A stretch of 64,000 nucleotides of DNA, taken from positions 1,157-65,156 of the forward strand of contig CANAUI010000001.1 in NCBI GenBank assembly GCA_947364715.1. The letters are read 5' to 3'. This document shows positions 10,215-19,890 of this stretch, one piece after another. The notes beneath the pieces were generated by a model. That model saw only the letters and a list, made by a program, of their open reading frames with translations. It was not told where the DNA came from and did no database searches. The translations under genes were made by a program, and so were the position numbers. Every line of letters begins with the position of its first letter. Positions within the stretch are counted from its first letter, which is position 1. The stretch comes from an uncultured Clostridium sp. Its GTDB lineage: Bacteria; Bacillota; Clostridia; TANB77; CAG-508.

Positions 10215-12410
10215 ATGTTAAAATTAGAAAGTGTATCAAAGATTTATTATAATAAAGGAATGATTGCAACAGGAATAACAAAAGTAAATTTAGAATTAAA
10301 ATTAGGAGAATTTGTTGTAATTACAGGAGAATCTGGAAGTGGAAAAAGTACACTCTTAAATGTAATATCTGGTATTGATAGTTATGAAGAGGGTGAAATG
10401 TATGTAAATGGCAAAGAAACAAGTCATTATACAGAAAAAGATTTTGAAGAATATAGAAGAAAATATATAGCAAATATATTTCAAAACTTTAATTTGATAA
10501 ATAGTTATACTGTATATCAAAACATAGAACTGATACTATTGTTAAAAGGCGAAAAGAAAAGTAATATAAAGAAAAAAATATTAGATATAATAAATAAAGT
10601 AGGTTTAACTAAATTCAAAAATACAAAGGTTTCAAAATTATCAGGAGGGCAAAAACAAAGAGTAGCAATAGCAAGAGCAATAATAAAAGATACTCCTATT
10701 ATAGTGGCAGATGAGCCAACAGGTAATTTAGATACGAAATCAGCAGAGGAAATTATAGAATTATTAAGAAAGGTTGCAAAAGATAAATTAGTAGTTATGG
10801 TAACACATAACATAGAACAAGTAGAACAATATGCCACAAAAATTATAAAAATGCATGATGGTAGAATTGTAAGTTGTAATGAAATAAAGAAAATTAAAGA
10901 AAATAAAGATATAATGGAATGCAAATATAATGAAATAACAGTGTTTAATAAAATAAGATTAGGAATTAGAAATACATTTAACATATTTTCAAAATTTACA
11001 TTATTGTTTATAGTTTTTCTATTTATGAGCATAGCATTTTTAACAGAGTACGCAAGTTTTCAACTTGCAGAAAACGAAGCTGATGAAAGTGGGTATAGCA
11101 TAGGATTTAGAGATATTTCTGATAACAGAATTTTGATAAAAAAACAGAACCAATCAGCATTTACCAATGAAGATTATGCAAGAATAAAAGGAATATCTAA
11201 TATTGATTATATAGTTGAAGATGATTTGTTTATAGATTGTAGTTTTTCTTTAAATAGAGATGATATGAGTTTTTATGGGAATATTTTAGATATAAAGAAT
11301 TTTAGAGGAAATATAGATTTGGGAAGAAAGCCAAATAATGACAATGAAATTATTTTAAGAATAGGAAGAAAGCACTTTTATATAACGAATAGAATAGATG
11401 AAGTTCTGGGTAAAACATTTTCAATAATGAATCCAAGTGATAATGAACAAATAAAGGATTTGACAATTGTAGGAATACAATATAGTAAAGACGATAATGA
11501 TTATAACCCTAAATTTTATTCGCAAAGTGAAACATTAAGAGAATTAAGAAGTTTAGTAAATAAAAATTATAGTGATTTAAAAATACTTTTTAATAATAAA
11601 TATGTTCAATATAATATAGAGCCTAATGATAATGTAAGTAAAGGATGTGTAATATTAGATGATGACTTAAAGTATCAATTTAAAAATTATAAAATTATAA
11701 ATCAACCTGTGGATATTAGTGCAAGTAATATTTATTATGAGGAAAAGATAAGTTTAAAAGTTTCTAATACTTTTACAAAATCTAATTTCAAAAGATTAAC
11801 TGGCTTAACAAAGTATGAGAATTATAGAAATACATTATTTATAAATAAAGAAGATTATAATTCTTTATTTAATAAATCTTCATATCAATCTAGTGTATAT
11901 GTAAAAAATAGTGAGATTATTGAAGAAACAATGCTAGAATTAAATAATATTGGATTAAAAGCTAAAAAGGTAACAGATTATAAGGTTGATGATTCTGCAA
12001 CCTACAAACAAATAATAAAAATAATAAAAGTAGTAGTAACGATAGTTGTAATTGTAGTATTGTTTTTTATATCATATTTGATAGTAAGGATAATTTTAAA
12101 ATCAAGAAATGTATATTTTACAACATTGAGAATGTTGGGGGCAAGTTTTAAAAACATAAAGAGAATTTTAGATATAGAATTATTTATAAATTCAAGCTTA
12201 TCATACATATCAGTTTTATTGTTTATACATCTAGTAAAAACAAATATAGTAAATGTTGATTTTATAGAACAGTTAGTAAACTATTTATCATTGAGAGAGT
12301 ATATAATAATGTATATTATTTTGTTTTTTACTGTAAAATTATTATCCAGAAAATTTGCAAAAAAAATTTTTAAAAGTACAGCAATGAATATATACAATGA
12401 GGAGGTGTAA
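10215..12410 (+). CDS. ABC transporter, fused ATPase + FtsX/MacB-like permease
   Basis: Walker A GESGSGKST, signature LSGGQKQRVAIARA, Walker B IIVADEPTGNLD. C-terminal multi-TM region with a large extracytoplasmic loop. Confidence 0.8.
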   Translation: MLKLESVSKIYYNKGMIATGITKVNLELKLGEFVVITGESGSGKSTLLNVISGIDSYEEGEMYVNGKETSHYTEKDFEEYRRKYIANIFQNFNLINSYTVYQNIELILLLKGEKKSNIKKKILDIINKVGLTKFKNTKVSKLSGGQKQRVAIARAIIKDTPIIVADEPTGNLDTKSAEEIIELLRKVAKDKLVVMVTHNIEQVEQYATKIIKMHDGRIVSCNEIKKIKENKDIMECKYNEITVFNKIRLGIRNTFNIFSKFTLLFIVFLFMSIAFLTEYASFQLAENEADESGYSIGFRDISDNRILIKKQNQSAFTNEDYARIKGISNIDYIVEDDLFIDCSFSLNRDDMSFYGNILDIKNFRGNIDLGRKPNNDNEIILRIGRKHFYITNRIDEVLGKTFSIMNPSDNEQIKDLTIVGIQYSKDDNDYNPKFYSQSETLRELRSLVNKNYSDLKILFNNKYVQYNIEPNDNVSKGCVILDDDLKYQFKNYKIINQPVDISASNIYYEEKISLKVSNTFTKSNFKRLTGLTKYENYRNTLFINKEDYNSLFNKSSYQSSVYVKNSEIIEETMLELNNIGLKAKKVTDYKVDDSATYKQIIKIIKVVVTIVVIVVLFFISYLIVRIILKSRNVYFTTLRMLGASFKNIKRILDIELFINSSLSYISVLLFIHLVKTNIVNVDFIEQLVNYLSLREYIIMYIILFFTVKLLSRKFAKKIFKSTAMNIYNEEV

Positions 12411-12413
12411 TAT

Positions 12414-14867
12414 ATGGTAAAATTAGAAAAAGTTAATAAATACTTTAATAGAAGAAAACCAAATCAGATACATATTATAAATAATACATCTCTTGAACTA
12501 GAAAAAACAGGTTTAGTAGCAATTTTGGGACATTCTGGAAGTGGAAAGACTACTATATTGAATGCAATAGGTGGATTAGATAAAGTAAATAAGGGAAAAA
12601 TTTTTGTAAATGGTAAGAAAATTACAAAAAGAAGTTCTTATGTAGTTGATAAAATCAGAAACTTAAATATTGGATATATATTTCAAGATTACAAATTGTT
12701 AGATAATTTGTCTGTTTATGAAAATGTAGCTATTTCTTTAAAAATGATAGGAATAAAAAATAAAAAAGAAATAGAAAAAAGAGTAAAGTATGTTTTAGAA
12801 GCAGTTAAAATGTATAGATATAGAAATAGACCTGCTAGAATGTTATCTGGAGGGGAAAAACAAAGAGTAGCAATAGCAAGAGCAATAGTAAAAAACCCAA
12901 GCATAGTAATTGCTGATGAGCCAACAGGTAATTTAGATAGTAAAAATTCATTAGAGATAATGAATATAATAAAAGCATTATCCAAAGATAAATTAGTAAT
13001 TTTAGTAACACACGAAATTGATTTAGCAAACTTCTACGCTTCAAGAATAATTAAGTTACAAGATGGAAAAATTATAGAAGATTATGAAAATAAGCCAAAA
13101 GAATCTTTGGAATATAGACTTGATAATAAGCTATACTTGAAAGATTTTCAAAGTAAAGATACACTAAATAAAAATAAAATTAATGTGGATTTATATACAA
13201 ATAATGAAAACAATGAGGTAAATATTGAATTAGCTATTAAAGATGGAAATATATATATAAAATCTAAAAGCCAAAAAATAGAAGTTATAGATGAAAATTC
13301 TGCGATAGAATTAGTAAATGAACATTATAAAAAGTTAGATAAAAGTATTTATGATGATTATGATTATAATTTAGAAAAAATAATAGACAAAAGGTATAAG
13401 ACTAAATATACTTCTATATATGGAATTATGAAATCTATAATAAATGGATTTAAAAGAATTTCTAATTATACAATATTAAGGAAGATATTATTGATAGGTT
13501 TTTTTGCATCAAGTATGTTTATAGTATATTCAGTAAGTAATATTGCAGGAACACTTGATATAAAAGATACTGATTTTATGGTTGTAGATAAAAACTATTT
13601 ACAAGTCGATATGGGAAATGTAAATGTTGAAAATTTTTTGAGATATGAACAATTAGAAAATATAGACTATATATTACCTGGGGATAGTAATATTAGCTTT
13701 AAAATAAAATTTGATGACTACTATCAATTATCTAGATATTCATTTGAATTATCAGGTTCTTTAGTTAGTATAGATACAATTAATCAAAATGATATAGTTA
13801 AAGGAAGATTACCAGAAGATAATTATGAAATTGTAGTTGATAAAAGAGTTATTGAACACATGGTAAATAGTGATTCAGGTATGATGAGAAACATGGGGAT
13901 AAAGAGTGAAGAAGAATTACTAAACAAAACTATATCAATGAATAATATGAAAGATTTTGTAATAGTTGGTATTGCTGATACAAAAGCATTGTCAATATTT
14001 ACGAGTAGAGAGATGTTTATAAATTTATTAAACAATTCAACCAAATCTGATGGACTAATGGGTATGTATATCCCAACGAGTAATGAAGAAACAGAAAGTG
14101 CAGTAATGGATTACAATTTATATTTAGACGATATTGTAATAACAAAGGGAAGATTACCAGAAAATGATTATGAAGTAATTGTAAACAAATCTAATCAATA
14201 TGATATGAAATTGAATAAGAAAATAAAAACAAAAGTAAATAATAATGAATTAAAAGTAGTAGGATATTATGATAGTAAAAGTAATATACAAGCATATTTA
14301 GTTAATAATAATACTGTAAAATATGATGTAGTTAATAAAAGCAATGGTTTAATGATTTATCCTAAAAACAAACAAGATATCATTAATAAATTTAAAAACG
14401 AGTATAATCTAAATGTAATTGATAGATATGAAAGAGATAAGGAAAATTATTTAAGTAAAAAAGAAAAATCTATAAGAAGTTCTATTATTTTTGCAACAAT
14501 AATACTTTCAATTTCATTAATAGAAATATACCTAATGATGAGATCGTCTTTTTTATCAAGAATAAAAGAAATAGGAATATATAGAGCAATAGGAGTCAAA
14601 AAGGCAGATATTTATAGAATGTTTTTAGGGGAAATTCTAGTTATAACAACTTTCAGTAGTATGTTAGGAATAATTCTTATGGCATATATATTAAATGGAA
14701 TATCTAATATTCCTTATGTAGATAGAATGTTTATTATAAATAACAAGACAGTAGGAATTAGTATTTTAATAGTTTATTTATTTAATATTATAATTGGACT
14801 AATGCCTTTACATAGAGTTCTTAAAAAGACACCTGCTCAAATATTATCAAGATACGACCTAGAATAA
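12414..14867 (+). CDS. ABC transporter, fused ATPase + FtsX/MacB-like permease (second paralogue)
   Basis: GHSGSGKTT, LSGGEKQRVAIARA, IVIADEPTGNLD. C-terminal TM helices. Start overlaps the previous gene (translational coupling). Confidence 0.8.
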   Translation: MVKLEKVNKYFNRRKPNQIHIINNTSLELEKTGLVAILGHSGSGKTTILNAIGGLDKVNKGKIFVNGKKITKRSSYVVDKIRNLNIGYIFQDYKLLDNLSVYENVAISLKMIGIKNKKEIEKRVKYVLEAVKMYRYRNRPARMLSGGEKQRVAIARAIVKNPSIVIADEPTGNLDSKNSLEIMNIIKALSKDKLVILVTHEIDLANFYASRIIKLQDGKIIEDYENKPKESLEYRLDNKLYLKDFQSKDTLNKNKINVDLYTNNENNEVNIELAIKDGNIYIKSKSQKIEVIDENSAIELVNEHYKKLDKSIYDDYDYNLEKIIDKRYKTKYTSIYGIMKSIINGFKRISNYTILRKILLIGFFASSMFIVYSVSNIAGTLDIKDTDFMVVDKNYLQVDMGNVNVENFLRYEQLENIDYILPGDSNISFKIKFDDYYQLSRYSFELSGSLVSIDTINQNDIVKGRLPEDNYEIVVDKRVIEHMVNSDSGMMRNMGIKSEEELLNKTISMNNMKDFVIVGIADTKALSIFTSREMFINLLNNSTKSDGLMGMYIPTSNEETESAVMDYNLYLDDIVITKGRLPENDYEVIVNKSNQYDMKLNKKIKTKVNNNELKVVGYYDSKSNIQAYLVNNNTVKYDVVNKSNGLMIYPKNKQDIINKFKNEYNLNVIDRYERDKENYLSKKEKSIRSSIIFATIILSISLIEIYLMMRSSFLSRIKEIGIYRAIGVKKADIYRMFLGEILVITTFSSMLGIILMAYILNGISNIPYVDRMFIINNKTVGISILIVYLFNIIIGLMPLHRVLKKTPAQILSRYDLE

Positions 14868-14948
14868 AAGTATTATAGTTCATAATAAGTAAAAAACAGT
14901 TTGTAATATATATGGATAACCAAAAATAACAATTTATAAATATAAAAT

Positions 14949-14977
14949 AGCAGAACTACCTCTGCTATTTTTATTTA
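14949..14977 (+). terminator. rho-independent terminator candidate
   Basis: atagcaga-actacc-tctgctat followed by a T-run, after the ABC operon stop. Confidence 0.5.
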
Positions 14978-14984
14978 TATTATT

Positions 14985-15233
14985 CTAATTAATAAACAAT
15001 TTTGAAAGAGATGAATCTTCGCTAAAGAAATAATCATACAATAAAGCCTCTATAAACATTAATCCCATAAATATAATAACTTCCCATGTAATATCACCAT
15101 AAACAGATGAATAAGATTTTAGAATTATTGTATTGGTAACACCACATAATCCAGTTATAGTAAAAGCTATTATAGTATTTAATATGCAACATAAAAGCAT
15201 AAAAAGTAACTCCTTCTTTTCTGACCTAGACAT
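14985..15233 (-). CDS. small hydrophobic protein (2 TM), unknown
   Basis: 82-aa ORF, two hydrophobic segments. Weak. Confidence 0.35.
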   Translation of the reverse strand: MSRSEKKELLFMLLCCILNTIIAFTITGLCGVTNTIILKSYSSVYGDITWEVIIFMGLMFIEALLYDYFFSEDSSLSKLFIN

Positions 15234-15477
15234 TTTATAGACCTCCTCCCCTATATGTAGTTATTGACTAGATTATTTTTTGCAAAATATTGTAATAAAA
15301 ATCTCTATATGTAGTTAATCACTACATATAATTACATACAATGATAGCACAATATTCTTTATCTTTCAACAAAATACTTCTTTTTTTAAAAACAAAATGC
15401 AAAATCCTATCTAGTTAGTGCATTGTGTATATTTGAATGCAAATTCAATATAATAAGAAATAAAAAAGGAGGTAGAA

Positions 15478-15815
15478 ATGGAAATTACAAATGAGCAGAT
15501 CAATAAAACTTTTGGAATGATTTTTCAAGAATATCGTTTAAAGAATAATATTACACAAGAAAAATTAGCAGAAGAATTAACAAAATCCACAAAAACTATC
15601 TCACAGCTCGAAACTCGGAAAAGATGGAACAAGTAAGAAAACTGATATAGAGTTTATGAATTTCTTAGGTATTGCACCTAATATATTATATAAAAGTTTT
15701 ATCACAAATCCAGATTTAATGCAGAAGATAGAAATTGATGAGAAAATTAGTGAATTAGAACCTGATAAGATTCAAGCATTGTTTAAAATAGTAGAAGTTC
15801 TAAAGAATCTATAAT
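15478..15815 (+). pseudogene. XRE-family HTH regulator interrupted by a 1-nt frameshift (~15625)
   Basis: MEITNEQINKTFGMIFQEYRLKNNITQEKLAEELTKSTKTISQLETRK then stop. The +1 frame continues DGTSKKTDIEFMNFLGIAPNILYKSF...KIVEVLKNL. Removing one A from the ggaaaag run restores a canonical Cro/C1 HTH. Confidence 0.5.
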
Positions 15816-15972
15816 GGTATTTAGAAAGCTAGAATAGTCTAGTTTTCTTTTATTTTGTAGAAAAATGTCGGAAAATTTTTTTACCATTGAAATTACTACA
15901 TTAAGAGTAAATTTACAATATCTAGGAGTTGACTAGATATAAAAATGTTGTATAATATATAACATAGTCATA

Positions 15973-16176
15973 TTGGAGGCGATAAAGTTGAAAAATAGCA
16001 AAATAGAGGATTTATCAAGAAGAACAATAATCCTATTAGAGAATACTAAAAAGGAATATGCGAAATTCGCAGAAGAAAGAAATCTACTATATCGTTATTT
16101 AGTAAACAAAGATGATCTAGTAAACTGGGAAAAATATGTGAACCAATTAGAAGAAGTAATAAAATGTAATAAATAA
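15973..16176 (+). CDS. hypothetical small protein
   Basis: 67-aa ORF. Consensus-like promoter TTGACT-16nt-TATAAT at ~15922..15950 upstream. Confidence 0.3.
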   Translation: MEAIKLKNSKIEDLSRRTIILLENTKKEYAKFAEERNLLYRYLVNKDDLVNWEKYVNQLEEVIKCNK

Positions 16177-16327
16177 TATGATAATTCTGAAAAAGGAGGT
16201 ACAAGGGAAAACAAATATATTTTTATGGGACTAATAATTGTGCTTTAAATGTAGTAATAAATGTATCAAAGTAAATTTTTTTTAAGCAAACCTACAAACT
16301 GGGTTTGTAGATTAGGAGGAAACATTT

Positions 16328-16786
16328 ATGAAACAAGTAATTGAAGTCAATGAAACAAATGAAAGAAAAATTGATGAATTAGGAAGAATTGTTATACCAC
16401 TTACAATAAGGCAGAAATTAAATTTACATGAGAACGATTATTTAGAAATATGTAAAAGTGGAAAAAATATTACATTAAATAAAATAGAAAAGTATCAACA
16501 AAAAGAGCATCTAAACAATTTTAATATCACATTAAATAATGAAATACAAATAAATATTGATATTAGCAAACTTAATAATAATATTCCAACAGCTACTAAA
16601 GGAATTGTAAGAACTATAGATCAATTAGGTAGAATTATAATACCAATGCAATTACGAAAAGATTTAGGTATTAAAGAAAAAGATTCAATAAAAATTTGTT
16701 ATAAAGATAATATGATTATTCTTATAAAGAAGGAGTATGATAACCATAATAGAAGAAAACAGAATTTTAATCATAACAGAAGATGA
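16328..16786 (+). CDS. tandem AbrB/MazE/SpoVT-type DNA-binding domain protein
   Basis: Two swapped-hairpin motifs, LGRIVIPLTIRQKLNL and LGRIIIPMQLRKDLGI. GGAGG RBS. Confidence 0.65.
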   Translation: MKQVIEVNETNERKIDELGRIVIPLTIRQKLNLHENDYLEICKSGKNITLNKIEKYQQKEHLNNFNITLNNEIQINIDISKLNNNIPTATKGIVRTIDQLGRIIIPMQLRKDLGIKEKDSIKICYKDNMIILIKKEYDNHNRRKQNFNHNRR

Positions 16787-17360
16787 GTTAGATAATTCTA
16801 TGAAATACTCTAAAAACATAGACATATTAAAAATAGAAATTGATAAAAAGGCTATACAAGAATTAAATAGAAGATTCAAAGAGAAATATAGTTATATATT
16901 TTTTACTAAAGAATGTATTTATGGTAAAGAATTAATTAATTTTGTACCTTCATATTTTATGGATAATTTAAAAAATAAATTATTTATAAATGAACTTATA
17001 GTAAACCCACTAATAATGGAAAATATACTAAATTATAACAATGTCATTGAAATAGCTATAATATTAAAATACATATTACAGAATGAAATAAAACAAGAAG
17101 ATTTTAATTTTAGTCAAGAGATGGATAAAATTAAAAAATTATATAGGTGTACGAACAATGATATATATCATTGTAAAGATGCAGTTTATCATGCTGTAGA
17201 AAAAAATTATGTACTAAATAATTTGGCAAAAATAGAATATGACTCCAGTAAAGATGAAATTGTAAAAAAAGTATTATTTAAGGCAATAGATAATATTATA
17301 TATAATTTAAAAAACACTAACGAATTAGTGTTCAAAGAGTTTATTAGTATTATCATATAA
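16737..17360 (+). CDS. hypothetical protein
   Basis: 207-aa ORF overlapping the end of the AbrB-like gene. No motif recognised. Confidence 0.45.
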   Translation: MITIIEENRILIITEDELDNSMKYSKNIDILKIEIDKKAIQELNRRFKEKYSYIFFTKECIYGKELINFVPSYFMDNLKNKLFINELIVNPLIMENILNYNNVIEIAIILKYILQNEIKQEDFNFSQEMDKIKKLYRCTNNDIYHCKDAVYHAVEKNYVLNNLAKIEYDSSKDEIVKKVLFKAIDNIIYNLKNTNELVFKEFISIII

Positions 17361-17624
17361 CTCATCAAGAGTAATATTAAGAGCCAAAGAAAATGCTTTA
17401 GCTTCAAAATCTTTCACAAGTCTTTTATTATGTTCAATTTCATATATATCAGCAATGAACATAGTAACACCTAGTAATTCCATTTTGCGACATAAATCTG
17501 GTTGAGAAAGACCTTGCATTTCACGATACTTTTTAACATTTGTGCCAATAATGTTTAAATTGTTATTAAATCTTCTAATTACACCCATTGCAAAAGCTCC
17601 TTTCTCATAAAATTTCTCTAGCAT
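17325..17624 (-). CDS. XRE-family HTH transcriptional regulator
   Basis: IGTNVKKYREMQGLSQPDLCRKMELLGV, canonical Cro/C1 HTH. Confidence 0.7.
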   Translation of the reverse strand: MLEKFYEKGAFAMGVIRRFNNNLNIIGTNVKKYREMQGLSQPDLCRKMELLGVTMFIADIYEIEHNKRLVKDFEAKAFSLALNITLDELYDNTNKLFEH

Positions 17625-17765
17625 ATTTTATAATATTTAAAGGGCTTACCCTACAAACTGGGTTTTATTTTTCGCAAAAAATATAAAAATTATACAAGAA
17701 AAGATAAAGGGATTAAATTTAGTTAGAACTAATAAATAAAAAATATAAATAGGAGGATAATAATT

Positions 17766-18482
17766 ATGAATAAAATAAGAATTGTAGTAGCATGCAAGAG
17801 TTTAAAAATCCAAGATGCTATACGAGATTTATCAGTAAACGACAAGTTCGAAATACTTGATTTTATTGAGGATGAAACAAATGTTATTGAAACAATAAAA
17901 TATACAAAACCTGATTTAGTATTTTTAGAGGATGACTTTGAGAATTTGAAAGTTATCAATGTGTTAGAACAGGTTAATAAAAGCTATTGTGAAGCAATAA
18001 CAGCATTTGTAGTAATATCAAATAAAAAAATTCCTTTGCAAATGGGTATATATCATAAATATAATGTTTTAAATATTTTATATACACCATTGGATGATGA
18101 GGATATAAAAACTATATTATGGGAAAGTGAAAGCAAAATATCATCTTATTTTGAAAATGTAAAAAAGTTAAAAGAGCAAGGAATAGAAGATCGATTATAT
18201 AATTATAGATATAATAGACATATAGACTATTCTAAATACTTTACCGAAGATGATTGTATATTGCTTAGAAAATTAGATGTATATATTGATTTTACACAAA
18301 AATATACAGAAGAAGAAAATGAAATATTTGCAATGAATCTTAATAAGTATTGGGATGGAGCAGAAGATACAGAAGGAAATCGTTTACCACCAACCAGAAA
18401 ATTAGAAATTACTGGCGTTTCCAGAGATGATTTTAATAGAATATATGAAACAATAAATAATGTAGAAACTTTATATACATAA
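17766..18482 (+). CDS. hypothetical protein with degenerate receiver-like N-terminus
   Basis: IRIVVAC...PDLVFLEDDF resembles a CheY-like fold but lacks the clear acidic pocket. GGAGG RBS. Confidence 0.4.
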   Translation: MNKIRIVVACKSLKIQDAIRDLSVNDKFEILDFIEDETNVIETIKYTKPDLVFLEDDFENLKVINVLEQVNKSYCEAITAFVVISNKKIPLQMGIYHKYNVLNILYTPLDDEDIKTILWESESKISSYFENVKKLKEQGIEDRLYNYRYNRHIDYSKYFTEDDCILLRKLDVYIDFTQKYTEEENEIFAMNLNKYWDGAEDTEGNRLPPTRKLEITGVSRDDFNRIYETINNVETLYT

Positions 18483-18500
18483 AAATATTTGGATGGTTAA

Positions 18501-18644
18501 TATGAAAAATAAATTGGAAGAATTAAAAATTGAGTTAAATCAAACAGTACAAGATACAAACTGTAGTATAAATGAAATACTAGAAATTTCAAATAAAATA
18601 GATAAAGAGATAGAAAGAGTATATTGGGGTAATTACGATTAAAT
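18501..18644 (+). CDS. Spo0E-like small regulatory protein (candidate)
   Basis: 47 aa MKNKLEELKIELNQTVQDTNCSINEILEISNKIDKEIERVYWGNYD. Size and helical pattern resemble Spo0E-family aspartyl-phosphate phosphatases. Confidence 0.35.
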
Positions 18645-18694
18645 ATGGAAAAATCATAAATCTCTTTTGATTTATGATTTTTTTATTTATTTAT

Positions 18695-18970
18695 TTATTT
18701 ATTAACAACATCTTTTAACGCTTTTCCTGCCTTAAATACAGGTGATTTAGAAGCTGGTATTTTAATTTCTTCTTTAGTTTGTGGATTTCTTCCTTTTCTT
18801 GCTGCTCTTTTTCTAACTTCAAAAGAGCCAAAACCAACTAATTGAACTTTATCACCTTTTACTAATGATTCTGTGATAATTTCAACTAAAGCATTTAATG
18901 ATTCTTCAGCACCTTTTTTAGTAGCACCTGTCTTTTCAGCTAATGCTGCAACTAATTCACTTTTATTCAT
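18695..18970 (-). CDS. hup: HU-family nucleoid DNA-binding protein
   Basis: [36 protein letters not shown]...[49 protein letters not shown] is a hallmark HU/HBsu sequence. GGAGG RBS. The track ORF has 6 extra N-terminal codons. A shared hairpin terminator with the convergent upstream gene lies at ~18648..18690. Confidence 0.9.
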   Translation of the reverse strand: MNKSELVAALAEKTGATKKGAEESLNALVEIITESLVKGDKVQLVGFGSFEVRKRAARKGRNPQTKEEIKIPASKSPVFKAGKALKDVVNK

Positions 18971-19139
18971 CATATTCCCTCCTCTCATAATAGTATTTTG
19001 TTATATTAGTAATTTACCAAAAAGAAAGAATAAAGTCAATAAATAGAAGATTTTTCGACAAAGAATTTTAAATTTAATATTTGAACAAAATAAAAAAATA
19101 TGCTAGAATGATAAATAGATTATAGAAAAGAGGCAAAAT

Positions 19140-19352
19140 ATGAACGAAAAATTTTTAAATCAAAACATAGATAGATTAGATGTACCTTGTGCAGTAATAG
19201 ATAAATTAAAAGAAAATGGAATAACAGTTATAAAGCAATTATGTAGTAAAAACAAGACATATTTAAAAAACTTAGGGTTAGTAAGTGTTGAAATAAATAA
19301 ATTAGAAGTTGAACTACAATTATTGGGATTGAATCTAAATTCTAGATACTAA
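19140..19352 (+). CDS. small HhH protein resembling the RNA polymerase alpha C-terminal domain
   Basis: NIDRLDVPCAVIDKLKENGITVIKQLCSKNKTYLKNLGLVSVEINKLEVELQLLGL fits the alpha-CTD pattern (L.lS.R..N.L...gI.tv..L......L..i.n.G.kS..EI...L...GL). Confidence 0.4.
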   Translation: MNEKFLNQNIDRLDVPCAVIDKLKENGITVIKQLCSKNKTYLKNLGLVSVEINKLEVELQLLGLNLNSRY

Positions 19353-19366
19353 AGAGGAGTATATTT

Positions 19367-19711
19367 ATGGGATTATATACTGGGTTAATAAAGTGTAGTA
19401 ATTGTAACCATTCTTTTAAGGGAAGAAAAGAGAGAAATAATATAAACTATAGATGTAATTATAGACTAAAATATGGAACTAATAAATGCGATAATGATAA
19501 TATGGTAGAAGAATCCTACTTAACGGATCTAATAAAGCAACAACTAGATGTTATTAATATGGAAATAGAAGATGTTGACATACATTCTATTGTAGATTAC
19601 ATTATTGTATCAAGAACTAGGATTGAGATATTTTTTAAGAATCTTCCAATTAACAGTTGCTATTATGATAGTTCCTTAGGCAGATTGCACTTTGATACAT
19701 TAAATGATTAA
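19367..19711 (+). CDS. standalone zinc-ribbon/C-terminal fragment of a large serine recombinase (probable remnant)
   Basis: GLIKCSNCNHSFKGRKERNNINYRCNYRLKYGTNKCDNDNMVEESYL is the recombinase zinc-beta-ribbon motif. No resolvase catalytic domain upstream. Has its own AAGAGGAG RBS. Confidence 0.5.
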   Translation: MGLYTGLIKCSNCNHSFKGRKERNNINYRCNYRLKYGTNKCDNDNMVEESYLTDLIKQQLDVINMEIEDVDIHSIVDYIIVSRTRIEIFFKNLPINSCYYDSSLGRLHFDTLND

Positions 19712-19890
19712 AAAGGGGTACAACAAATTTTCAAAAAAATATCGGTAGGGAAGGTCAAAATTGGAATAATTTATTAAAATTGGCATATAATATAAAGTAA
19801 AGAGTTTTTTGCCTAGAAATTCAACTAAATTTTCAAAAATGTATTGACAAAGGCTCATTAAAAGTATATAATATAAAAGCGTTGAAACAT

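Noticed and set aside
10517-13044. Minus-strand ORFs 10517..11032, 12002..12208, 12716..12985, 12835..13044, 13823..14044 within the ABC transporter genes
   Set aside because: Antisense to strongly supported ABC coding sequence. Translations are low-complexity.
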